Shown piece by piece: positions 33,687 to 43,206 of a stretch of 64,000 nt of DNA (position 1 is the first letter of the stretch; each line of letters starts with the position of its first letter). The notes beneath the pieces are model-generated. The model made no database searches, was not told the DNA's origin, and saw nothing but the letters and a program-made list of their open reading frames with translations. This stretch comes from Perkinsela sp. CCAP 1560/9 (Eukaryota > Protista > Euglenozoa: Kinetoplastea), in NCBI GenBank assembly GCA_965644495.1, contig CBFFSA010000010.1, positions 248,001 to 312,000 of the forward strand, given 5' to 3'. The position numbers and the translations under genes were made by a program.

Positions 33687-36600
33687 ATGGAGACGTGGCT
33701 ACACGTAGCAGAGAAACCCAGCGTTGCTCGGGAGCTCACTCACCTGCTCGCCGGGTCCCATTTTCGAAGCTCCCGCACCTGCGCGCGATTTAATCCGCTG
33801 CTAGAGTTTGATTATTCTTTATCGGGCTCCTCTGCGAGTGGATCTCGCGAAGAGGGGCGTAGAAATCAAAAAATCCACATGCTCGTTACCAGCGTTGCTG
33901 GTCACATGATGGAGACTGACTTTGATGCCGCCACAAAGGCGCAAGGATGGAAAAAGTTGCCTGTTGTTGAGCTGTTTGCTCGACCACTACAAAAAAGTGT
34001 GAAACGAGACGCTGAGGACGTCGCGAGGCACTTAACCCAGGTCGCGACAAAGGCCACCGTGCTGGTGTGCTGGCTGGATTGTGATCGAGAGGGAGAGAAT
34101 ATTGCGTTTGAGGTAGTGGAAGTTTGTACCCGGGCGAACCCCCGGCTAAGGATCAAACGCACTAAGTTTAGTAGTTTACGTAAAACGGAGATTGTATATG
34201 CACTGAACCACTTGGTAGAGCCGGACGTACGGCTTTCCGATGCTGCCCAGGCACGTTCGGAGATTGATTTGCGTATTGGTGCCGCTTTTACGCGGTTTCA
34301 AACGCTAAAGCTGCGTGAGAGGTTTGAAGGGCTGCCAGATTTAGTCAGCTACGGTCCGTGTCAGTTCCCGACTCTTGGATTCATTGTTCACCGTCATCAC
34401 GAGCGTGAATCTTTTGTCGAGGAGGCTTTCTGGAAAATAGCTTTCGAGTTCCAGAATGTAGAATTTAGGTGGTCTAGAGGTGTTCTTTTTGATGAGATGG
34501 CTGTGAACTTATTTTATGTGCTCAGTGTTTTGGATTCTTCTGCCGAACAACCAGGTCGCGATAGTGCAAGAACGCTCACATCGGATGCCTCTACCGAAGA
34601 CATCGAGATCCTCCTCTCCCATGTTAGCGCAGAAGTAACACAAGTTCACCCAAAAACCACACGCAAACTCCGTCCCGTCCCGCTCGCCACCGTGGAGCTG
34701 CAAAAACTCGCCTCACGACATCTGCACATGAACTCCACTCGCTGCATGGCTCTCGCCGAGTCCCTGTACCAGGAGGGGTTTATTTCCTACCCCCGTACTG
34801 AGACAGACTCTTTCTCCGCGAGTAATGAGGAGCTTCGTGACTTTATCCAAGTACAAACCCCATCCAGCAATCCATGGGGGGACTATGCCCAGCGGCTGCT
34901 GCAATCCACCTACACCCGCCCACGAGCCGGGTCCCATGACGATAAAGCCCACCCTCCGATTCATCCTTTAAAAAGCCTCGCTCGCGATGACACCAACGAC
35001 GAGAAATACAAACTCTACGAGTTAATTGCACGGCATTTTCTTGCCGTATGCAGTCCAGATGCGATTGGAGCCGAAACTTTGCTTCATGTGAAACTCGGAG
35101 AGGAGAGATTCTCCGCACGAGGGCTTTGCGTCCAGGAAGCCCACTGGCTGGAGGTGTTTCGGTACGCTAAATGGCAAGACCGTACCCTTCCCCCATTAGC
35201 CCTGGGGGACCGTTTTAAACCGGACCGGTTTGAAGTCGTAGCCGGAAAAACGACCCCACCAAATTTACTCTCCGAAGTGGACTTGATTTCCCTTATGGAC
35301 GCCCATGGGATTGGCACCGACGCCACGATTGCGACTCATATCCAGACCATACAAGATCGGAACTATGTGAATCGCGAACCTACGGGGCTCTTTGTGCCCA
35401 CCCAGCTGGGTCTGGCGCTAACGAACGCGTACACCTCGCTGGAGTTAAACGACCTTCTGTTACCGTACATCCGTTCGAACATGGAAGCCGATCTTGCGCT
35501 CATCGCCGCTGGACGTAAATCCAAGACCGAGGTAATTCAAGCCGCCGTGGCACAATACAAGGAAATCTTTTTATACGTCCAATCTCATGCGAATATTTTA
35601 GTCCGTTCGATTTCGCATTACTTTCCCTCGAAAACAGTAACCGGGATGCGGGAGCTTCTGACGCTTGGGCTGTGTGGCTCCTGCCAGCGCACCCCAGTTG
35701 TCATTTTTGAGACCCGGGAACCGCGCGTCGAGCGTGTGGGATGGTGCAAAACTTGTGCACTCCGTCTTCCTCTCCCGCCGCATGGCCTTTTTCGACCCTC
35801 GAATCACATTTGTCCCTTATGCCAGTTTCCCGTAATACAAGTCACCAACACGGAGAAGAATACTTCGCATTATCTCTGCATGTACTGTTTTGCCAATCCC
35901 CCGGATGAGTTTCTCAATAGTTCCCCCCATGCCGACACGATGCGCTGTTTTCAATGTCCAGCAGCTACGAAATGTGCGCTAGCCCCACGAGCCCCGAGCG
36001 TAGTTCGTTCTTGTGAGTACTGTGAGGGAGGAAAGGTTACACTCTCGGCGTCTCCTCCAAATCAAGGGAGCCAAAATACACTCTCGACCCCAACGCTTCG
36101 ATGCTCCCAGTGTGCGTATTTTGTGATGTTACCGCAGGGATGGGAAATCTCAGTCATTGAGCCTGCCGTGCGCTGTCGTCGATGTCAGCAATCTCAACAC
36201 GTTCGTGTTGATTTTGTTCAACACGGGGGCCGTCCCCCGATGGGGCTGGAACCCGTCGTGGAGCTCTGCCTGTGGTGTACCCCTGAGATAGCGCCATATT
36301 TGAGTTTTCAACGTAGAGGAAAGGTACAAAGACATGGGATAAATGGAAACCAAACCAACACGGGGCAAGAGGTAGCGCGCGAAGGATTCCATACTATTTC
36401 TCGTGCTGCACCCCAGACGCCCACTATAAACAGCATGGGGAGAGAAAATTCGAGAGCATCTCACACCGATGCTCGAATAAACCACTACGAGGGCAGAAAT
36501 ACAGAAATTGGAGGACAAAACTTTACGTCGGGTGAACACGGATCCTCTCCTACGACGACAACGGAAATCAGTACACGGAGACCAAAAAGGGCAAGAAAAG

Positions 36601-36797
36601 AAACCGCAGCAAAGCCCAAGCCGAAATCAGAGAAAAAAACAAGCAAAAAGTCCCGGGACGTATGTTGCGAGTGCGAGCGTCCTGCAACACGATTTGTGTC
36701 AAAGCAGACCGGAACGGCAGGGAGGGCATTCTACGCCTGTGCGCGGCGTATGAGTGATCCCTCGCGCTGTACTTTTTTCAAGTGGGAAGATGGGTAA
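33687..36797 (+). CDS. TOP3A: DNA topoisomerase III alpha
   Basis: VAEKPSVA, WLDCDREGENI, SYGPCQFPTLGF, GFISYPRTET, GIGTDAT, C4 Zn ribbons and a C-terminal GRF Zn finger (CEC...GRAFYAC...CTFFKWED). Confidence 0.93.
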   Translation: METWLHVAEKPSVARELTHLLAGSHFRSSRTCARFNPLLEFDYSLSGSSASGSREEGRRNQKIHMLVTSVAGHMMETDFDAATKAQGWKKLPVVELFARPLQKSVKRDAEDVARHLTQVATKATVLVCWLDCDREGENIAFEVVEVCTRANPRLRIKRTKFSSLRKTEIVYALNHLVEPDVRLSDAAQARSEIDLRIGAAFTRFQTLKLRERFEGLPDLVSYGPCQFPTLGFIVHRHHERESFVEEAFWKIAFEFQNVEFRWSRGVLFDEMAVNLFYVLSVLDSSAEQPGRDSARTLTSDASTEDIEILLSHVSAEVTQVHPKTTRKLRPVPLATVELQKLASRHLHMNSTRCMALAESLYQEGFISYPRTETDSFSASNEELRDFIQVQTPSSNPWGDYAQRLLQSTYTRPRAGSHDDKAHPPIHPLKSLARDDTNDEKYKLYELIARHFLAVCSPDAIGAETLLHVKLGEERFSARGLCVQEAHWLEVFRYAKWQDRTLPPLALGDRFKPDRFEVVAGKTTPPNLLSEVDLISLMDAHGIGTDATIATHIQTIQDRNYVNREPTGLFVPTQLGLALTNAYTSLELNDLLLPYIRSNMEADLALIAAGRKSKTEVIQAAVAQYKEIFLYVQSHANILVRSISHYFPSKTVTGMRELLTLGLCGSCQRTPVVIFETREPRVERVGWCKTCALRLPLPPHGLFRPSNHICPLCQFPVIQVTNTEKNTSHYLCMYCFANPPDEFLNSSPHADTMRCFQCPAATKCALAPRAPSVVRSCEYCEGGKVTLSASPPNQGSQNTLSTPTLRCSQCAYFVMLPQGWEISVIEPAVRCRRCQQSQHVRVDFVQHGGRPPMGLEPVVELCLWCTPEIAPYLSFQRRGKVQRHGINGNQTNTGQEVAREGFHTISRAAPQTPTINSMGRENSRASHTDARINHYEGRNTEIGGQNFTSGEHGSSPTTTTEISTRRPKRARKETAAKPKPKSEKKTSKKSRDVCCECERPATRFVSKQTGTAGRAFYACARRMSDPSRCTFFKWEDG

Positions 36798-37406
36798 AAA
36801 AATACCTAAGTGCGATACCTCGCTGCATCTTATGGTATTCGGATTCCTCCTAATACGATTTACAGGGTTCTCCACGTTCTTTACAGTCCATTCCCCTACT
36901 GCTTTCGCTTACAGAGAAATGTGCATCCTTTTGCCCTCGCAAAACAAAGAGAAGCACATCACGATCACACCCACAACCTTCACGCCTTACCCCTTTTTTA
37001 TCCCAAAATCACCCCTTCTCCCGTAAACCTATCTTATTTTTTTCTTTACCCCTTTCCCACTCCAACGCTCTACGTCACCTCTATCCCGATTTTCCTTTTT
37101 TTATATTACGGTCCCGACCATGCTTTCCCGTTGGGAAGAATAAACTATATTTATCTCGCCCATAGTTCCTCACACACTTCTTCCATTTTCAATATACAGT
37201 GTCATTAAATAATGTCATAAATGCTCACAGGTAGGGGAAAAAGCTTCCTGGTTGTGGTTAGTAGCGCAGCGGAAAAAAACCCAGTGTCCCAAAAAATCAA
37301 TTACACGAGTAACTAAGCACGTAGTAGTAGCACAGCAGCAGTAGCACAGTAGTTGAAACTCGGAACGCACCTTTAATTTATAGGGTAAATAGCAGAATAG
37401 AAAATG

Positions 37407-39974
37407 TTAGACATTTTCACAACTGACGCTCGCTGTTAAAACCACGTTCCCGTTTTCTATCCCGTCCCCCCGATTTACGTGAGCCTCACCTTTGCTTTTC
37501 GTCCTCATAATCGTCCATCTTGTTGTTCCGTATTTGCGGCATAGCTGACTTACACTTAGAGGGGAGCGACAAATCTCCAAGCGATCTTGCATTATGATCG
37601 TATGTGTTTGGCAACCGTTAGGCATAGTTTTCGGCTTGGGGGCACGTTCGTTGAATGTTCAACGAACTGAGTGCCCGTTCGTTGAGTCTTCAACGAACTG
37701 AGTGCCCGTTCGTTGAACATTCAACGAACGTGCCCCCTGGGGGTGCAATTTTTTCCACAAAAAAAATTTATTTCCCCAAAAAATATTTTCCCCTCCGACT
37801 GGAATGGCTGCGACACCTAGTTTACCTGTCTAGAGGCCCAACTGTGAGCGAAGCCCACGTCTGCGAGCAAGGCCCAACTGTGGGCGTAACCCTGGGACAT
37901 AATTATATTTTTTTGCGACCCTCGCGCTCCAGCGCGCGGGTCGCGCACTGAGAACCTCTGTCTGCCACTTCCGCAGGATTGACCAGAGGCAATAATTAGT
38001 ATGAATTATCTTGCTTCCTTAAGGCTTTTTTTCTACGTTCACCTTTTATGGATCCTGGGGACGAGGATTTGTTTTCTCAGGGTGCCGAGAGGTTGTTTGC
38101 GCGGTTTCTTGCGGCCTTCGAATACACTGCGCAACGGCGGGATCATCGGCAGGGTGATGATCAACGTGATGGGACTCAGCCAGACCTCGTTGAAACTAAT
38201 GGTACACCACGCCGTACGTGGCGAAATCATGAGCTTCGGCCGGTTTGTAGGGGGTGTCCGGGATACGCCTGCGTGAGGCTATGGCGAAGCGTTGCCGCTA
38301 TTCCTCGGGGGAATGATGCGGAGAAGTGGATGAAGTGTCATGGTCTGTTTGCCCTCCCCGAATGCCCAGATCATGGGAACCAGTTCATGGTTGACATCCC
38401 GGGTAATGATCGGATGCGGCTTTGTGTGCACCGTGAACCTGATGATCGGAATTCTTGCCGAGCGCACGTTAGCAGATTTCTTCCATATATTTCTACGCGC
38501 ACTTTGCTGACTCCGAGCATGCTTCTCTTGGTGTGGGCCGATATCGCTAACCATTTATGCACTGGACAGATTTGCAGGAACCGTGGTATCGGAAGAAAGG
38601 TTGTAGAGGACATCTTGCATAACCTCGGGGAGGCTGCGCTTGATCAAGGACGCAAATTTGATCACTCTTTTTTCGCGAATCCAAGTGGACGAGACGTTCA
38701 TTGGTAAGCGGAAATAAAACCGAGGTCGTCGACAACGTCAGCGGGGTTGGTGGTTCGCAACACTAACTGAGCAGGAGGGTCGGAAAATGGACCTTACCCA
38801 TTGGAAGGTGGTAAAGCGTCGTGACCTGGAAACTCTGCATTCCTTCATTCTCCCGCATCTGGCCAGCGCGCGGACTGTTGTGGTCAGCGATTGCTGGAAA
38901 GGGTACGTCAACCTCGGTGAGTATTACCGGCATTACGCGGTGAACCACAGTAAGGAGTTCGTGACCTATCAAGGGTATCATACCAACCACGCGGAGGGCG
39001 TCCACGGTACCATAAAGGGTTGGGTTAAGCGTCAACATTACAATTACGGGGCCACCCCTTTGCAACTCCATCGGAATGTTGCGCTTCAGTGCGTGAAGCT
39101 TGATGCTACTCACATGGGTAGAGACCAAGCTTGGCAATGTCGGATGCAGAATCTTTTGAACTGCGTCCTGCTACACTACGGGGCTGAAAATCCTGAATGG
39201 GAGGAAGTCAGCGAGAGTTCGTGTAGCGACAGCGACGTTAGTGGAGATTCTGACGACAGTTTATAATTCAATAAATTTTGTTTTTTTGTATAGTGCTTTA
39301 CATATTTTGCTGGGACACAGGGCTCAACCTGACTGGCTAAAAACAAAACAAAAAAAATAAAAAAAATTGTTTTGGGCTCTGAACATTAAAACTCGCAAAG
39401 CTCTAATCCTTCCAATCGTAAAGATACTGTTTCTGTACGTCTAAGCTCTTGCGTGCCTTCCCTTTCCAAAACTCACGGCGCCTTATTTTCTAAAAAAAAC
39501 ATTGTTTCGTTTTCGAACGCTTTTTGAAAAATGGAATTTTTCGAAAACCGTTCGTTGAATGTTCAACGAACTGAGTGCCCGTTCGGTGAACATTCAACGA
39601 ACGTGCCCTCAACCCTAGTTTTCTTCGCAGGCGAATCAGCGATTTCCCTTGGAGGCGAGGGTTCTGCTAAGTTGGATGCAATTTGTCTTCGTACAACGAC
39701 TTCACCAACCCTCGGCAATGGACGCCGGAAGGTTATCCATGAATCAAAGGTGGGCATTGTTAAAAGAAGAAACAGAAAAATCGATTCTAGAAATTGTAAA
39801 GATAAGTAGAGATTAAAATAATCAAGATTATGATGCAAGCTTCGATAAAAGATAAAATACATAATAAGTTAATCAGCGCACGAAAAAATAGTCAAAAACT
39901 GAAAAATACGGGAAATCTCGTAATGTGCGCTTAAATGGGGGGGCTGAACCAGTGCGCTTAAACGGAGGGGGCAG
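37407..39974 (-). mobile_element. 5' part of a pogo-like element split by a Merlin insertion
   Basis: Terminus TA|CTGCCCCCTCCGTTTAAGCGCAC at 39974. ORF ...PAKKTRVE|PKPKTM...DRLEICRSPLSVSQLCRKYGTTRWTI (HTH-like) reads through once Merlin is removed. Confidence 0.55.
37641..39607 (+). mobile_element. Merlin (IS1595-family) DNA transposon, both ends present, transposase 38048-39266 disrupted
   Basis: QVDETFIG, VVSDCWKGY, VNHSKEFV...HTNHAEG. Ends GGCACGTTCGTTGAA...; 22-bp palindromic units; frameshifts and one stop. Confidence 0.92.
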
Positions 39975-40029
39975 TATTACTAAAAAAAGTTATTAACTTC
40001 AAAAAAAATTGATCGTGACACCACCCTAC

Positions 40030-40974
40030 ATGAACCCTCCCACCTCATCCTACCTTCTCCTCCTCCTCCTCTCCCCCCTCCTCTCCCCTTCCCTTCCCGC
40101 TCTTCCCTCCTCCTCCTCCTCATCATCATCATCCCATAAAAATCCAAAACAAAACCCCAACACAGGCAGCGCCGTCACCGATCTCCCCACCCCCGCTGCC
40201 CTCGACGCCCTCCTCCTTGCCTCCCACCCCCACCGCCCCCTCCTCCTCCTCCTCCACGCGCCCTGGTGTGCCCACTGCCACGCCCTCCGACCCGCACTCG
40301 AGGCCGTAGCCACAAAGACAAGAGATGTCATTGCAGTGGCTGCGATCAATGCCGACAAGCACAAACCTATCGCCCATAAGTATAAGGTGAAAGGGTTCCC
40401 CACGCTGGTGGTCCACGGCATGAACAAAACCAAGGGGTGGAGACCGTATGAGGGGGGGAGGGGGGCACGCGAGATGGCCGCGTTTATGCTGGGGATGGTG
40501 GAGCCGAGCTGTGTGAGGGGGGTGGGGAGGGTGGAGGGGTTGTGGGAGGACGCAGGGAAGAGGGGGGGTTACCGGAAACAGGGAAAAGGAGAAAAAGACG
40601 ATGATGGGGGGGTACGAAACCTTAACATCGTGATTCTTTTTACGGAGAAAGAAAAGGTAGGGGCGTTGTTTAGTGTGCTGGGGTGTGACCCGAGCTGGGG
40701 GGAGAAAAAGGTGCAGTTTGTGTGGGTGAGGAAAGGGAGTGAGGTCGCGGAATGGGTCTCGGATAAGGTGACGATTCCGCGTTACCCCGTGGTTGGTTTT
40801 GTGGAAATAGAGATCGTATCGAGGGAACAAGACAAGACAGGGTATAGGATTAAATCACATTACTGGCATGAAGGCGGGTTCTCGTATTTTTCCTTGTCTA
40901 ATTTTGTGCGAGAAAGACTGGGGTTACCTCTACTCGAAGACGCTTCTCCCAGGAAAAAGGTGTTGAAAAAGTAG
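40030..40974 (+). CDS. Thioredoxin/PDI-like secretory protein (WCAHC); also skew island 7 (centre about 40400)
   Basis: Signal peptide, HAPWCAHCHALRP, YKVKGFPTL, YEGGRGA. C-rich 40020-40300, G-rich 40430-40800. Confidence 0.88.
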   Translation: MNPPTSSYLLLLLLSPLLSPSLPALPSSSSSSSSSHKNPKQNPNTGSAVTDLPTPAALDALLLASHPHRPLLLLLHAPWCAHCHALRPALEAVATKTRDVIAVAAINADKHKPIAHKYKVKGFPTLVVHGMNKTKGWRPYEGGRGAREMAAFMLGMVEPSCVRGVGRVEGLWEDAGKRGGYRKQGKGEKDDDGGVRNLNIVILFTEKEKVGALFSVLGCDPSWGEKKVQFVWVRKGSEVAEWVSDKVTIPRYPVVGFVEIEIVSREQDKTGYRIKSHYWHEGGFSYFSLSNFVRERLGLPLLEDASPRKKVLKK

Positions 40975-41054
40975 CGTCGTTGTGCAGCACACAAAGTAGG
41001 TGGGGTTTGTGGGAATGTACTCCTTATTATTGCGGATACCGAAAAGACTGCATA

Positions 41055-41376
41055 CTCCTCTTCTCATTAATTTCTATAAATGCCATTCCTAATTTTTCAA
41101 AAAAAAAAATAGATTTTCAAAAAATTATATTTTTGAAGAAAAAAACAGGAAAAGCTAGGATAGAGGGGAGAACACCGCAGAAAGATTTGACCCTCACTTC
41201 CGACAAGGGCCTTGGATCTCACGTTCCGCGATAGCTTATCGCAGAAAAATATCGTTTTTCCATCAGGCAAGATCATTAATCAGGACTTTTTGCCTAACCA
41301 TTCTCATTAATTTCTATAAATATAAATTTTCTTTTTTGTTATAATTTATATTTATGGAAATTAATGAGAGGAGGAG
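41055..41376. mobile_element. Stowaway-like MITE with TA TSD
   Basis: TA|CTCCTCTTCTCATTAATTTCTATAAAT ... ATTTATGGAAATTAATGAGAGGAGGAG|TA. Confidence 0.85.
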
Positions 41377-41872
41377 TACACATTCATGGTCGCTTTGCTA
41401 TAAACCCACTGGACATAAGAGCACAAGAATTTTCGAATCGTTGGGATTTCTACACAGCCAATCGAAGTGGGCCAACTTTTCCTTTCAGTCTGGATATTGT
41501 TTGATCTATTTGCTTTATAGCCTGTCCTATTACTTGTTCTTCTTTCATGCATTTGTAATCCGCTAGTACATGTAGTGTCTACCGGGTTATCTTCGGATTT
41601 GTCTCGATTGAATACAGAATACATACGAAGTAACTCCATTTTTGTACCTTCAAGTTCGGATGAAACACACTGCAGCGGATGTGTGAAAATATGGGCAGAG
41701 CTAGGATTGCTGAACTTTCCGAAATTGTACGAGACTTTTCCATTAAATATCAGGAAGCTTACATAAATACCCAATAAATTTTTAGAAATTTATTCATCGG
41801 GAGTCATTACATCATTTCCCTATGGCGCGTAAGCGACAGATTCAGTAATAAGAGGTGAACACAATATACATA

Positions 41873-43127
41873 CTGTCACCCCCCCCCCCTTTATACTTCA
41901 GGGGGGTCAACCCCCCCTCTTTATACTTCCTTTTTCATCCAGATGAAAAATCAGCACCCCCCTTTATACTTCCGGTCCCCAAGCGACTTTATACTTCCGA
42001 TACCCCCCTTTATACTTCCGGTCCCCAAGCGACTTTATACTTCCGAAGCGGCGCTTTTTTTTTTAATAACAATTTTCTACATTTTTTTTTAAAACGTTAG
42101 AGATGTGTGTAGAGATATTGCTAGATATACATTTAAATTATTTGCCGTATTTTTTCCCATGTGAATACTCACAGTGGGTTAAGCTTTATCCCCCTCTTCA
42201 TCGCGTTCGGCCTCCCAACGAAATAATGGTTTCAAGCGCGGAGCCTGCGACATTACCAGTGTCCGTCGGTTCACCCCAGGGAGGAAAGAACCCAACAATG
42301 TAGGAGAAGTTGAATGTGTGTCATTCGAGTAGCAGTGCTCCACAAATCAGCGAGAAGTACAGCGTCTGATCTCGAACCATCCGCTCCATCCGGAAAAATG
42401 GTGTCGGATTTTTCCAGAAAAAAGTAAATCTATCGTAGTCGCAAGCGCGATGGGGTTTGCACAAGGACAAACATGTCGAGATGCGAAAAAATTAACGAAC
42501 TCCTCCTTAGCGAACTGGGCGGGATGACAGCCAGCGCGGACATGCGCCTGCTGCAGCAAAGGCGAATGTACCTCGTTTCAAAGACTGTCTCATGAAGCTT
42601 CTAATGGTAGATCGTCCCGACACGTATTCACTACAGCGTAGTATACAGCGTATGTTGATTGTGTGCAAGAGGAACACGGAAGCAAACATTATGCCCTGCA
42701 TGTTTGGAGATTAGATGATTGATTTTTAGCTAGAATAATAGGAAACCAGCGCTGCGAAGCGGCGCATTTTTTTCTGCCCCTTTTTCAAAAATATTTGCTT
42801 CGCGGATTTTTCAAAAAATCAGACCCCCCCTTTTTACTTCCGAAAGTCAGACCCCCCCCTTTATACTTCCAAAAGTACCGAAACCGGCGGAAGTATAAAG
42901 GGGGGGGTGACAGTAATAAAATTAGTTACTTGTATTTCATCTGCTCATCTTCTGAGGCTGAAATAAAGGCCATTCGTGCTTTCAATTTCCCATTTCGCTC
43001 GTTCATGTGTTTTTCGCGGATTTTTCAAAAAATTAGACCCCCCCCTTTATACTTCCGAAAGTCAGACTCCCCCCTTTATACTTCCAAAAGTACCGAAACC
43101 GGCGGAAGTATAAAGGGGGGGTGACAG
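41873..43127. mobile_element. Non-autonomous TIR element with one left end and two right ends
   Basis: TA|CTGTCACCCCCCCCCCTTTATACTTC; right ends GAAGTATAAAGGGGGGGTGACAG|TA at 42913 and 43127; many internal CCCCCTTTATACTTCC units. Confidence 0.85.
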
Positions 43128-43206
43128 TAAATTGATTGGACTGGTTCAATAATTTTCAGAGAATTGCTACAGAACAATTTTCAGCTACGACGTTTAATTG
43201 AATGTC

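Noticed and set aside
37641-37735. CRISPR-like palindromic repeats
   Set aside because: Spacers are identical 9-mers and the units form the Merlin terminus; no cas genes and a eukaryotic context.
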